DNA of 64,000 nucleotides, from NCBI GenBank assembly GCA_943704425.1, contig CALSCP010002553.1, positions 45,243-109,242 of the forward strand, read 5' to 3'. The stretch's first letter is position 1. Every line of letters starts with the position of its first letter. The notes under the pieces are model-generated. The model did no database searches, had not been told where the DNA came from, and worked only from the letters and a program-made list of their open reading frames with translations. The stretch comes from Ministeria vibrans ATCC 50519 (lineage: Eukaryota; Protista; Filasterea). This document shows positions 1-13,281 of this stretch, piece after piece. Made by a program: the position numbers and the translations under genes.

Positions 1-2223
1 GCCTCACCCGTGCTCGCCGCCGCAGCCGTTGCGGCGGCAAGCAAAGTGCGCAACTCCTCTAGCTCGCCATGCATGTCGGCGAGGCTGTCGGTAGCGGCGT
101 CAAAGCGCTGCTCGGCATCCTCGGCGCGCGCCAGTGCCTCCTCCTTCTCGGCAATGGTCTCTTCAAGGACGCTCTGTGTTGCGGCAACGGTCGCCTCGAG
201 GTCGTTTACGCGCTCCTCCACCTTGCCCGACGCAGATGCTGCAATGACGGCTGCCTCCTGCTTCTGCAGACGCAAGTTGGCCTCGCGCAAATCCTTGTCG
301 AGCACCTTGATGCGTGCCTCGGCGATCGTGGCACGCTCCAGGGACTGCTGCACGGCGAGATCAGCTTGTCCTGCCGAGTCAGCCAGCAACACGAGTGCCG
401 ACTCGGCAGCGTCTGCCTTGGCCTTGGCCGCTTCGAGAGCCACCTCGGCTTCCTGGTGACCCACAATCACATCGGCGAGTGCCTGTTCGGCCACCTCGCC
501 GTGCGCTACAGCGTCCTCGAGTTGCGACGACAGCGTCAACACTTCCGTCTTGGACTCGACCAGCTGAGCCTTGAGCGTATCCAGCTTGGTCTGCAGCGCC
601 TGCGCGGCCTTTTCGGCTTTGGTTGCGCGCGACTCAGCTCGCGTGGTGCAGTCCTTGGCCTCCTTCACCTTAAGGTCGACTTCCGCCTGGGTCACCGAGT
701 GCTGTGCTTGGCCTGCCTCGGAGTTGAGTCGAAGCGACTCGATGACCTCCAGTTGAGCCGATTGGGTCTCTTCGTGCTCCTGAATGGCGTCCACAAGCGC
801 CTGTTCGCCCGCCTCTGCTCGGTCCGTCATCTGCTGCAGCTGTTCCTGTGCCTCGGCGAGTTCTCCCTCGAGACGGTTGATGCTCTCACGCATCGCCTTA
901 GCACTGCCCATTGACGTGTCCTTGGCGCTCGTCAGCTCGCTGCGCAACTTGGTCTGTTCCGCCGCGGCATCTTTGAGTCGTCGCTCGGTCGCCTCGGTGC
1001 TTGTCTCCAGCTCGACGAGACGCAGCTTGAGGGCCGTCTCGGAGGCGGTGCGCTGCTGTAGGGCCGTCTCAGTTGCCTTAAGACGTTCCTCGAGTGCCTT
1101 GGTGGCATCTCCGCCGGCATCACGCGTCGATTGCGCGAGTCGTTCCGAGTCGTAGGCGCGCGCTTCGGCAGCGGCGAGGCGTTCTTGGAGTGCCAGGGCA
1201 GCACGCGCACGCGATTTTTTGTCCTCCTTGGCCTGCTCCAACGCCTTGTTCGACGCCTTCAGTTTGCCCTCTTGATCCTTGAGCTTGGCCATGAGTGCCA
1301 GTGCGGCGGACTCTTTGCTTTTCAGCTGAGACTCAAGCTCGCCGATGCGCTGCTCAAACTGACTTGTGTCCACGGCCGGGGCCATCTTGGACGCAACAGC
1401 AGGCTTGGTAGCCTTGGACACCGGTGGCGGTGCTGTCTTTTCCGCGGCAGGTTTGGCCACGGCTGGCTTGGTTGCGGTGGCCACTGGCGGAGGCGCTGGC
1501 TTGCTTGCTGAAAGAGACAACAACAGACGGTGTGAGTCGCTCTCGCACCATCCTACGATGGGCGGACATACCAGGTGGGGGTGCGGTGATTGTCGGTTTG
1601 GTGCGCACCGCAGGGGGGGCCTACACAAGAGACAAGAGTGCGAAGAAGGTTTGTTTGTGACTCAGTCCAATGCAGGAAAAAAAAANNNNNNNNNNAAAAA
1701 AAAAAAAGTGATAATGAGAAGAAAAGAGAAAATGCAAAAGGATGTGGGAAGGTGAGGAGGGGAGGAGAGAATAGCCAGCGTGCTGGTGGCAGGGATGGGG
1801 TGTGGAAGGGGAAGGATGTCTTGGGTGTACCTCTGATGGTTTTGGGGTGGTTGCACCAGGAGGTTTCGAGAGGGCTCTGGGGAATCGAGGGGGCGGTGCC
1901 GATGCGGGGCTGGGCGCAGTGGACGCGTCAGGGGTGTCGGCAGCCTCGGGGGCCTTGGAGACGACGCGGGTGCTTGCGGCGCGCGGTGGTTTGGACGGAA
2001 GCGGTTTCTTTGTTGGGATGGACGGCGCAAGGTCGCCGGCGGACGCTTTGCGGGCCAGCTCGTCGGGATCTTGTAAAGGAGTGTGTCGCGTCGGCGGCTG
2101 AGGCTTCGGCTTGGGTTGTGGTTGCGGTGGGGTTGCTGTAGACGGAGAATCGTCCAGGATGGCCGACGAGCGGAGCGCCGTCTCCGCCGATCGCGACGGC
2201 AACGGAGGAGGTCTCTTCGACAT
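1..2223 (-). CDS. Pro-rich N-terminus plus long coiled-coil protein (3' end outside window)
   Basis: ATG 2223 (MSKRPPPLPSR). Exons 2223-1831, 1620-1572 and 1507-<1 with GT-AG borders. The last exon is an open heptad-rich frame (FEQRIGELESQLKSKE...EERVNDLEATV). The + strand ORFs here are antisense shadows. Confidence 0.8.
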
Positions 2224-2532
2224 TGACAGACAAGTCGGTAACGATACGATGCCACGTACCAGAGAACGAATAATATTATAACATTAAAATTTAAACATGT
2301 CATAACATTTGTTTCAGTTTCTCTGATTTAATTCCCACTGCCCACGGACCTCACTGTATGTCGATTGTCGAGTAAATACTTAATACTAAACAGTGCCGAC
2401 TGCCGACTCGCCATTGACGAGTGGCGACATTGCGCGCGACTCTGTATTGTATTTGTTATCTCAACTGACAGATCAAAAATCTCATTCTTTTTTTCTACTT
2501 CTTTTTCTTTACCACATTTACATACATTCACT

Positions 2533-5500
2533 ATGTCGAAGCCATCTATGACAGGAGGAGGTACACTTTTAGAGCCTAGTGTTTTTTTTTCTTTTTTGTA
2601 TTTCTCCTTTTCAAGTTCGCTCCACTTGAAGGATCGCACTCGCCCATCCCAACCCCCCACTTGCGATCAACGTGTCATGGTGCAGTAGTTCAATCGTAGC
2701 GACGCTGCTGTCACTTCTCTGTTGCCTAAACAGCGAAAATGGTTTTTTTTTTTTTTTTTTTTTTTTTTTNNNNNNNNNNCTTGTCGAGGCCGCCACTGCC
2801 ATTCGCCAGGTTGCCGATACCCTCCCCACCTCTCAGTTTTTTTTTGCTGTTTGTATCTGTCGCTCCCGGCTCAATACGGCCGTGTCTTGCTTCGACGTTG
2901 CGCGCATCGCGACGGACGACACGTGTATGATGGAGTGGCGCGCAGCGCGCTGCGATGCGTGGCTGTTTGCCCCTCTGTTTGACGTCGATGCTTTGCGGCG
3001 TCACATTCGCAGCGCATTCGCTTCGTCTCTCGTCGCCGTCGTCGCCCGCACGGATCCCGACCGGCCCTTGCTCACTCCCATATGCCTCGCACTCACGACT
3101 GGCGGACTCTCGATGTGTCGGATTTTTCGTCAGTAGTCAAACAAAAAAAGCAAACCAATGAGAAAAGGGAACTTTGCGTCGCTCCTGCTTTGGCAGGCTC
3201 CAATGCGCAGCGCCTCTCTGCCTGCAGGGTGCGGGCAGGGCGGCTTCACTCGGTCGCTCCAATCCCTTCTCTGCTTCTTTCTCTCCTTTCGCTTTTGGCT
3301 TTTTTTTTTTTTCTGGCTTTGTTTTTCGGGGAATGCTTTGTTTTCGTCGTCGTTCGACGCTGCAGCCCCAATTTCCACCGGCCTCTACGGATTGTCTCTC
3401 GAACACTTTCCCTTTAGATTGCTGCAAAAGGATCTACACTATCGTGACCGATTCCTTTTCCTTTTGCCTTTTTTTTTTCTCCTTATTTGCCGAAAAAAAT
3501 CGTGACGACATGATTAATTTACAAAGATCGTTTGTTTCGAATGCGCATTCCCTCTTTGCCGCTTTGTCATGTTGCAACAAGGCAAATGCTGTGCCCCGAT
3601 GCAGCACTCTGCGTCCGGACAACGCCAGCAAAACCGCTTTTGTCCTTTGTTACTACTACTCCGCATTTTCGTTTGACTCTCTCGTTTCTTTTTGAGCAGT
3701 CTCATCTGTGTTCTTCATCGTCTTCTGTTTTTTTTCCCCTGCTCTTTATATTACTCTTTATTATTACGATTATTATGTATTAATAATTTTTTCAATAATA
3801 ATATTAATTATTTTCTTGTCTGTTTGGTTTAGTCGACATTGCCTTCAAGGGTGCAGGAGCCAAGGTTGGACTGGAGGTCTGGCGCATTGAGAAGATGAAG
3901 CCCATCCAGGTAATGTCTGCCTGACTCTTTGGGGCATGTCCCTAATAACGTATCTCCTTTTTTCCCTTTAATATTAGATTACGGATCAGCGCAAGTTTGG
4001 TCAGTTCCACACGGGCGACTCGTACATTGTGCTGCAGACGAAGAAACGCTCGACGGCGCTGGAGTGGCACATCTTCTTCTGGCTTGGCAAGGAAACGAGC
4101 CAGGACGAGATGGGCGTGGCGGCGTACAAGACAGTGGAGCTTGACGACTCGCTCGGTGGCGCACCCATTCAGCATCGTGAGGTGCAGGAGCACGAGAGCA
4201 ACGAGTTCCTCTCCATCTTCAAGGACGGCATCAAGTACCTCAAGGGAGGCGTCGACACGGGCTTCAAGCACGTCGACCGCGAGGCGTTTGAGACGCGTCT
4301 GCTTCACATCAAGGGCAAGCGCAACGTACGCGTCTCGCCCGTCGAGGTCAAGGGCACGTCGCTCAACAAGGGCGACGTCTTTGTGCTCGACGTCGGTCGC
4401 ACTCTGTACCAGTGGAACGGCTCGGGCTCGAGTCGCTCGGAGCGCATCAAGGGCCTCGAGGTCACCAAGAAGATTTCGGCCAACGAGCGCGGTGGCAAGT
4501 GCGAGATTATTATCATTGAGGACGGCAACGACGACGACAGCGCCTTCTTCCAGGCGCTCGGTGGCAAGCCGTCGCACATTAAGTCGGCCGAAGAGGGCGG
4601 CGACGATGCAGGCTTTGAGCGTGCTCTCTTGGCCAACACCAAGCTGTACAAGGTGTCGGATGCCAGCGGCAAGCTGCAGGTGTCCGAGATCGGCACGGTG
4701 CCCCTCAAGCAGACCATGCTCGACACCAACGACTGCTTCATCGTCGACCAGAGTGGCCAGGCACTCTTTGTTTGGGTCGGCAAGGGCTCGTCGGCACAAG
4801 AGAAGAAACAGTCGATGATCACGGCGCAAAACTTCATCACGCAGAAGAAGTACAAATCGCACATTCCCGTCACACGTGTCGTCGAGTCGGGCGAGACGCC
4901 GCTGTTCAAGGCCAACTTCCAGGACTGGAAGGACCCCAACGCCATGAAGCCGGGCTCGTTCCTCTCCAAGCCCGGTGGCAACATTGCCAAGGTAGAGCAG
5001 AAGAAGATTGATCTCGCCGCCATGCACGCCAAGAAGGTGCGCGAGCAGGAGATGCTCGTCGACGACGGCAACGGCAAGCTCGACATTTACCGCGTCGAGA
5101 ACTTCCAGCTCGCCGCCTGGCCCAAGGATCAGTACGGCCAGTTCTACGGCGGTGACTCGTACGTCATGCTGTACGCGTACAAGGACAAGCGTGGCAAGGA
5201 GGCCTGGATTATCTACTTCTGGCAGGGCCTCGCGTCGACGCAAGACGAGAAGGGCGCGTCTGCTCTGCTCGCCATGAAGATGGACGACGAGCTCGGTGGT
5301 GCACCCGTGCAGGTGCGCGTTGTGCAGGGCAAGGAGCCCGAGCACTTCCTGCGCATGTTCAAGGGTCGCATGATCATCCACGAGGGTGGCGCTGCCAGCG
5401 GCTTCAAGAATGTCAACGCTAAGGATTCGTACGACACGGACGGCACGCGCCTCTTCCAGGTGCGTGGCACCAACGGCTTCAACACACGCGCTGTGCAGGT

Positions 5501-6632
5501 GAAGGAACGCTGTGCGTCGCTCAACTCCAACGACTCGTTCATCCTCGAGTCGCCCGGCGGCTGCTTTGCCTGGTTCGGCAAGGGCGCGACCGGCGACGAG
5601 CGCGAGTTTGCCAAGAGCATCTCGCGCATGGTGTGCCCCGGCCGCGAGGTCGACAACATCATGGAGGGCAGCGAACCGGAGGCCTTCTGGTCGGCGCTCG
5701 GTGGCAAGACCGAGTACGCGAACGCAGTGACGCTGTCGATGCCCGAGGAGGAGTTTGAGGCGCGTCTCTTCCTCTGCTCCAACAACAAGGGCTACTTCTA
5801 CGTCGAGGAGCTCTTCAACTACGACCAGGAAGACCTCATCGAGGAGGACGTCATGATCCTCGACGCCGGCAAGGAAGTCTTTGTTTGGATTGGCAAGGGC
5901 GCCAACGACACGGAGCGCAAGATGGCCATGGACACGGTGCAAAAGTACGTCACCAGCGATCCGGGCGCTCGCGATCCCGACACGCCCATTATGCGCGTCA
6001 CCCAGGGTGCTGAGCCGCCAAACTTTACGGGCCACTTCTTCGCGTGGAACCCCGACAAGTGGAGCGACGGCAAGTCGTACGAGGAGCTCAAGGGGGATCT
6101 CACCGGCAGCGAGGCGGCTCCCGTCACCTTCACTGCACAGTCGGCGCCTCCGCCGCAAATCAAAAACTCGTCTGGAAACCCCGCTAACGTTGGTCGCAGC
6201 TTTGTCTCGGCTGCACCAACCCCGTCTGGCGGTGCTGCAGTGCCCCGTGCCACCGGCGGCTACGGTTCGGGACGCGGTGCCACGTCGGCACAGCGTCTGG
6301 GTCCGGGCTCAGCTGCGCTCGCGTCATCTGGCAACAAGAAGGTGTCGGGTGCGGGCAACCTGTTCCAGGGTGTGCCGCTCGGCGACTCTAACAAGGACTC
6401 GGGTCCGTCCGTCGAGGGTCTTAGCACCTCGTCACCCATGGGCGTGACCCACCCTGTGCACGCGCTGCAGTGCACCGCCGACTGCCTGCCGAGCGATGTC
6501 GACGCGGACACGCGAGAGATGTGGCTGAGCGAGCGTGACTTTGTCTCTCTCTTCAAGATGAACCACGACGCCTGGTCCAAGATCCCCGCCTGGAAGAAGA
6601 AGACGCTCAAGAAGGACGTGGGTCTCTGGTAG
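2533..6632 (+). CDS. VIL: Villin (6 gelsolin domains plus headpiece)
   Basis: Exons 2533-2560, 3833-3909 and 3978-6632 join in phase: MSKPSMTGGVDIAFKGAGAKVGLEVWRIEKMKPIQ-ITDQRKFGQFHTGDSYIVL. Gelsolin repeats follow; C-terminal headpiece REMWLSERDF...WKKKTLKKDVGLW. Confidence 0.95.
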
Positions 6633-6917
6633 AAACAGCGACCTATTGCATGAGAGTGTTGTGTGCGTGTGAAAGAGGGAAGGGGGGTTGTGGCTGTGAG
6701 TGGGTGCACATGTGTTTGGCTCTTTTATTTTTCTTATCTTCTTGTCGTTTTCGTTTTTGTTCTGTGCTTTTTTATTCTAATTGTGCGTGTGCAAATGAAG
6801 ATGGCTCTATAAACTTTTCTACCAGTAATTACAATTTGGATTCCTTGCGTGTTTGTCTTCTCTCAATGTTTTCCATGGCCCTTGAGAATATTTACATTTT
6901 GCACTAGTGACAAAGAT

Positions 6918-8157
6918 TTACGATTGTTTGGTGGCTGTGACAAGAATGCATTCAAGAGGGGCGCGACGAGTCGCAGCGGCATCCATGAGCCAGCGGGCAA
7001 CGGCAAACCCGCTCCATGCAGCGGGGCGGGTGGTATGGGCAAGGGCAGAGTGGTGGGTGCGGATGAAGGTAGCAAAGCCAGCAAAGACGTGCGGCGAGAG
7101 ACACTCCGTGTGGATCTGTGTGAAGCCGCACTGACGCAGACGGTCGGTGTACGCAGCGCAATCGTAGAGGTTGGCAGGGGGGACACATGCCAGGTATGCC
7201 ACAATTCGATCAATCAGAGTCACTAAAACATTATAATAGCATTATTGCATCTAATATTATTGCATTTATTGTGGCGTTTAATTTTTTTTTTTACCTTTGT
7301 GTCCGTCTGTAAGACAAAAATCGACAATAGCAAGTTTGCCTTGGTCGCGGAGAACGCGATGGGATTCGCGGAAAAAATCTTCGCGAGTGACAAAGTGATA
7401 AGCAGAGTCGAGTGAGAGCACTCGATCCAACGAATCGCTAGGACAAGACGCAAAACGGCTCAGTAGTGTGCGGCTATGTCGCATTGTACAAGATGTGCGC
7501 TTACGCTTCGGCTGGAAGATTCACAGCTGAGGCAACACGTGCTCTAATTTCGACATGGTTTGCCGGAGAGGTGGCGAGGAGAGCGTGTGCTCGGATGTTG
7601 GCCTGGTCCACCTGAGCGGCACTCAGGTCAATGCCGACAATGTGCGATGCCTCGGTCGTCTGGGCGCACAGGAGCATTTGATCGCCACACCCGCAACCTA
7701 CATCGAGAACAGAGTGGCCCTTTTCAATGGAGGCGGCAGCGAGAAGGCGGCTTGAGAGCGCACGACACGCCTCGACAAAGTTGGTTGTGTCCGTCCACAA
7801 CCCAAAGTTCATCCACTGCGACTCGGGCACTTGCATGTTCAACAGGGCGCGCTAAGAGTGGAGCATGAAATAGCATGTGAGTATATTCGGCGGCAAGGGA
7901 ATGTCACAGAAAGCCGTCCTGGCGCGCACCTGAGAGAGTTTAGGGTCATACATGACAGCAACACGCGAACTTTGCAGCCATTCCCTCACAAAGCCAGCGA
8001 CTGACGCGGCAGCGCGCACCGCCTGAAGGCCAGCTATGCCAACGAGAAGTCCTAAAAGTGTGTGTGTGTGTGTGATCGGGCGTAAGATGAGGCATGATGG
8101 TGAAACGAGAGTCCAACCGAGCGTGAAGTCAATGATGAATAAGAGTAAAGTTTTCAT
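6918..8157 (-). CDS. Class I SAM-dependent methyltransferase
   Basis: Spliced ORFs give WMNFGLW, motif I VLDVGCGCGDQ, motif II GIDLS and DRVLSLDSAYHF. N-terminus is hydrophobic. Confidence 0.85.
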
Positions 8158-8346
8158 TATTTATTTACAACGAGTGTACGAGGCCGAGGCCATACACATT
8201 TGATATTACAATGAGATCTCAGAACTCGCACTATCGATCACTAAACTTAGATACATACTGAGCGATTGAGGGGCGATTGAGCGACCGAACAGAAAAGTAC
8301 AATTCTATTTTCTAACTCATTATATTTTTTGATACACCACTCTCTG

Positions 8347-8649
8347 ATGGAGCCTCTGTCAAAGATTCTTCCCAGGCGACCCCCGGCGGAAGTGGCTGAG
8401 GATGGAGACGACGACGAGGAGCCTGTGGACGAGGATGGCGTCCCTTTAGCGTTTCGCGCGCTTTTAGAGTCGAGCGGTGATGAGGAAGACAACGACGAGG
8501 GCAAGGGCGACGAGGACGACAAGGAGGCGCCGGGCAGGGACGCCTCGCACGACAGACACACGAGAAACAAGCGACGTGCGATGGTATTGAGCCACTCACT
8601 ATTTTCCTCTTCACTTTGTTGACACTTCTCTTTCTATTTTGTACTCTCT

Positions 8650-8684
<35 letters not shown>

Positions 8685-9803
8685 GAAAGCCGATTTGAAA
8701 ACGTCAACGCACACTGTTGCACGTGACACCAATGTTGCTGCGCGTCTCAAGTCGGCGAAGACGGCCAAGTTCCACGGCGCATTTGACTCGCAGGAAGTCA
8801 TGTTGTTGATCAAGGCAAAGGACATTGCCAAGAGCGAGTACGTGAGTGCGTGCGGTGTGTGGCATTCCGTTCTCTCTGCGTAGATCACTCTCTGCTCATT
8901 CTCTTCTCTCTTTCACACAAACACACACACACACGCTCTGCGGATCACTCTTTGCTTGCTCTCTGCTCACACACACTCTCTCTGCTCTCTTCCTTTCTCT
9001 TTCTCTCTCTTCTCGTGTAGGGAAGAACTGATGCAAGTTGCCGAATATCTTATTCCTCGAGCCTACCCTGAGGTGATTCGTGGTATGCCGTACTCGAGGG
9101 GTTGTCTAATTAGCTAACTCATCCTTCCTCTTCTTCAGAACAACTTGAGTCACCCGAATTTGCACAGGCGTATGAAAATCACCAGATGGCGCGCACGACA
9201 AGCCAACAAAGACATGCGCGTCGTGAACGAGGCAAAGAGCGTCCTGGAGAGGTGCGATTTCGTGTGCACCGCGTCGACGACACTGAAGAAAGTGAACACC
9301 ACTACAGAAACACACGCCTGTCCCCAGTCGCGACCACGACCACAACAATGGCGATGCGCGACAAAACAACACCCAAAGCATCTTCTTCAGCACTACCAGC
9401 ATCATCATCATCAGCGTCAACAGCAGTAGCAACGGTAGCAACGACACGCGGTGCCGCTGAGGCGTCTCGGGCACCCACAGCCACATACCCGCGCCCGCGC
9501 ACCCCATACTACGCTCACTCTCACCAGCACGCACAGCAGCGCATTGCGCATCTCACCCATGCCATGGACTCGGCTCTCCACCTGACAGTCAACCAGCGCT
9601 TCCCACGGCCACCCACACAACTCACGCGTGCGCAACAAGCGTATGTTGTGCGTCTGCAGTCCCACATGGACCGTGTACTCTGTCTGCCTCCGCCCAAGCC
9701 CCTCGCGCCCCATCCTGCCGGTGTCGTTCCTTTTGTCTTTGCCAAGCGCCCTCTCTCCACAGAGGCGACGTACGCCCGAAAGAGAGCCAAATTTGTCAAA
9801 TGA
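8347..9803 (+). CDS. Hypothetical protein with acidic N-terminus and possible degenerate J-like domain
   Basis: Five exons (~8347-8583, 8686-8837, 9021-9072, 9139-9251, 9308-9803) splice in phase at GT-AG sites. Confidence 0.65.
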
Positions 9804-10051
9804 AATACAAATTGTATAATATTTTATTATAATAGCTCGATTCTCTATTATTTTCTTTTTTATAATAGAATCAAATAATAATTATAAGAATTACTTCATT
9901 ATAAAGAGTAAACTTACTAAACTAGCAAAAGTCAAAACTTAACAGTCAAATCATAATCTGAGATTTTTGTAAAATTTAATAATAATTATTTTGATTTGTT
10001 CTTCTTCTGACTTGTGAATCTTTTTTTTTCGTTGCAACCCCTTAAAGTAAA

Positions 10052-11143
10052 ATGCACCGCTTTGTGCTCCTAGCGTTGCTGGCGTGCGTGTGCAGCGTAG
10101 CTTCAGCAGACAACGTGCAGCTGGCGTACTTCTCGTCGGACTCGGCGCAGGGACAGCCGCTCAACAGCGCGTGTTCGCTGTCGGCGAATCCGGCGGACGG
10201 CACGTCGCTGCTGTGGCAGGAGTACGCCGTCTCGACGCTCAACGTGTGCCGCCCGTCTCTCTCCGTTGTCGGCCAGTTCCACATGCTCAGCTACGCCAAC
10301 GGCACGACGCTCCGCTACGACGTGCGCCTCCAGTGCGACTCGCCCGTCTGCGAGAAGTGCTCCGTCGTCGCCAAAGACGTCTTGGCGAACAACTGCACAG
10401 CCGTGAGCGCCGGCTCCATCATGCTTACCCAGGCGAGCGACTGCCTCTTCAAGGGCAACGCCGCACCGACCTTTTCCGACTCCGTCTTCGCCATGATCCG
10501 CACGTACCGACCGGCGACTCAGACGCAGCAGCCGATGCCCGCACCGTCGCCCTCGACTCCCCCAGCGGGTGCCACCCTGTGCGCTCTCTCAGCCGCACGC
10601 ACACGCACGCTGACCATTCTGAACGCAACGGGTCTGTGCGTTCCCTACAGTGAGTCCGACCCACTCGCTGGTTTCTACCGCCTCTCGCGTACCAACACCG
10701 GCACTGCAAGCTATCCGTCGTACCAGTTCATCGACAATTGCGCCACGGTCAACTGCTCCCACTGCGACGCACCACTCGACCTCCAAATGGGCTACTGCCA
10801 GGTGGCTCCTGACCTCTCGCCCAACGTCGCCGAGAGCGTCATGATGGCGCGCACACTCACCTGCTCCGATCCCAATCCTGGCGGTCTCATCCACACACAC
10901 ATGCCTACGGGCATCATTGCGGGCGTCACATCGGCACTCTCGCTTGCCATCCTTGCCCTTGGCATCTTTGTTGCCGTTCGTGGCCGTCGTCACCAGCAGG
11001 TTGTGCTCCTATCCACCAACATCACCGATGAGTTTGTCCCTTCCCAACAACGTCTGCTCACCGTCAACCACGACGAGTCCTCTGAAAAGATCGAGCCGAC
11101 CCTAGCGACCGAACCCACCGAAACTTCCTCTTTGCTGCACTAA
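10052..11143 (+). CDS. Type I membrane glycoprotein with two Cys-rich extracellular repeats
   Basis: Intronless 363-aa ORF. Signal peptide MHRFVLLALLACVCSVASA, N-glycosylation sequons, TM GIIAGVTSALSLAILALGIFVAV followed by RGRR. Confidence 0.85.
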   Translation: MHRFVLLALLACVCSVASADNVQLAYFSSDSAQGQPLNSACSLSANPADGTSLLWQEYAVSTLNVCRPSLSVVGQFHMLSYANGTTLRYDVRLQCDSPVCEKCSVVAKDVLANNCTAVSAGSIMLTQASDCLFKGNAAPTFSDSVFAMIRTYRPATQTQQPMPAPSPSTPPAGATLCALSAARTRTLTILNATGLCVPYSESDPLAGFYRLSRTNTGTASYPSYQFIDNCATVNCSHCDAPLDLQMGYCQVAPDLSPNVAESVMMARTLTCSDPNPGGLIHTHMPTGIIAGVTSALSLAILALGIFVAVRGRRHQQVVLLSTNITDEFVPSQQRLLTVNHDESSEKIEPTLATEPTETSSLLH

Positions 11144-11234
11144 CGTATTGTTCTGAATATTCTCAATTAATGCCCAATGTACAATAATTAATATTAATAA
11201 TTATAATAATAATAATTTTTTACCATTAATTTTA

Positions 11235-13201
11235 ATGAGCACACATTTGCATCGCTTCCTGGTGTACTCTGCTGAAGGGGATGCATCTTTGTACACCAAA
11301 GCGATCGAGGCGTACACCAAGGTACTAATTACGGAGATGTCACTCAACGTTCTCAACCACCAACAACCGCACAAACTACTGTGAAAGGCGCTCGAGCTTG
11401 ATGCTCAGGCGACGGCCGTCCTTGTCGGTCGAAGCAAGTGCTACGTCTCACTGGGCGACACTCAAAGAGGCCTAGTCGATGCCACCACCGCGTACACGCT
11501 CGAGCCCGGTGTGCCGCGCTGTCTTCTGCAACGCGCCCAGTGTGAGTTTGCCATGTCGCACTTTGAACTCGCCCTTGTGTTCTTCCACAAGGGCCACCGC
11601 CAGCGACCTGACATCTCCGAGTTCCGTCTCGGCGTTCAAAAGTGCGAAGAGGCCATTCTCAATGCCCTTGGCGACGGCTCCCATGCGCGCGCGGTGCGTC
11701 AGCAATTGGCGTGTTGTGCAAATTTCATTTGTTTTGTTAATTTTCTTTTGTAGATTCGCAGCAGTGCCGCGGTTAACGTTGCACAAGTACACCAGCAACT
11801 AGAGACACAGCACCAACCGTTAACGTTGCAACAACATTTGCCACCTGTTCGTCGTCAATCTCGACGAGGATCGCACGCTGACGCCCTGTCGCCTAGCAAC
11901 TCGCCACCCCCACCCGAACTGGCACCACTCGGCTCCAAATCAGCTAGACACCTCCTGGCCGAACTCTCCGACGACAAGGTCTACTTGAAAACACTCTTGC
12001 ACGAGGAAGCGTCGGCGCTTGCTGCACGAGCGCAGGCGGAAGCAGAACGTGCCGACGCACTACCGCACAGACACAAAAGCAAATCGAGGTCGAAGAAACC
12101 GACCGCCAAAAACAGCACACGTGGTGTGACTGAGATTGCTGCGTCAGGGTTGAGCTACTTGGATGCGCGCTCTGAGTTTTGGCAACAACACAATCCGGCC
12201 ATGCATACACGACGACCGCAGACGACACAAAAAGGAACGACGCCCATGAAGAAGAAAGAAGACAGACATCCTGCCAGAGGTTTGGGCGCAATTGTTGCAA
12301 GTGCGCCACCAGACGACGTGGCGCGAGCACTCGAACGGTGTTCGAATGCACTGGAGCGCGGTGAGACCCAGGAATGTGTGACACAAGGACAGGCTTTGGA
12401 GCAACGCCTGAGTGCCATGTCGTTCAAGGCAAAACCACGCGTGGTGTGTGCCCTCCTGACAATCCTCGGGCGTGCCCACACTGCCCTGGACAACCCCCGC
12501 CTTGCACTGCACCACCATGAACAAGCACTAGCCATTGCGCGCGCCAACTCCCTTGCCGAGGAAACAGCACACGCACTGGGTCATGTGGGTCGCATCTACG
12601 CGCACACCAGCGAGTACCAACGGGCCATTGACCGAAAAGGCACGCATGCATCCCAGCACAACACGCGACCACCACACGCAGCTCGAGCTCGCATGGGTGC
12701 ACCACGACACAGCCAAGTGCCATCGCGCACTCGGACACCACAACGATGCCGCACGCGAGGCCCAGGCGGCCCTTGACGCGGCCGTGTCCGCAAACGACTC
12801 TCGCTGGCTTCTCAATGCCCATCTGCTCACTGCACACTGTCTCCGTAAGAGAATAACACACAAAGCTAGGCGAGAGAGAGAGAGAGAGGGAAGGGGGGAG
12901 ACGGAGAGAGGGGGACAAAGTGATAGAGAGAGAAAAAGAACCAAAGTGAGAGAGAGAGGTGGGAGAGAAAGGAACACAGTGATACAAAGGAGAGGGGAAC
13001 AAGTATGCAAATTTATGAATTTTATGTGCTTCTTTGAACATTCTCTATGTTGCCTTTCTGTTTCGCTTTGTAGGTCAAAATGGAAAGAAAAGCAAAGCGA
13101 AGGAGCATTTTCTCTCTGCGATTGCGTATGCGCGTGATCTCAACGACGAGAAGTGTCGTGAGGAAATCACATTGGAAATGGAAGAAATGGAAATGCAATA
13201 A
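11235..13201 (+). CDS. TTC25: TTC25/ODAD4 outer-dynein-arm docking TPR protein (apparent frameshift at ~12630)
   Basis: FELALVFFHKGHRQRPDISEFRLGVQKCEEAILNALG, RHLLAELSDDKVYLKTLL, GLSYLDARSEFWQQHNP and WLLNAHLL match remembered TTC25 blocks. Exons 11235-11321, 11388-11693, 11754-12844, 13074-13201. Confidence 0.85.
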
Positions 13202-13281
13202 AGAAGAATAATTGTAATTATTATTAATATTATTGTACTACAGATACTCGCAAATACGGGGTATACAAATCGGAGGATGGG

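Noticed and set aside
3942-6158. 738-aa antisense ORF (also 69-914 and similar)
   Set aside because: Shadow of a GC3-biased sense gene (villin; the coiled-coil gene). No recognisable motifs.
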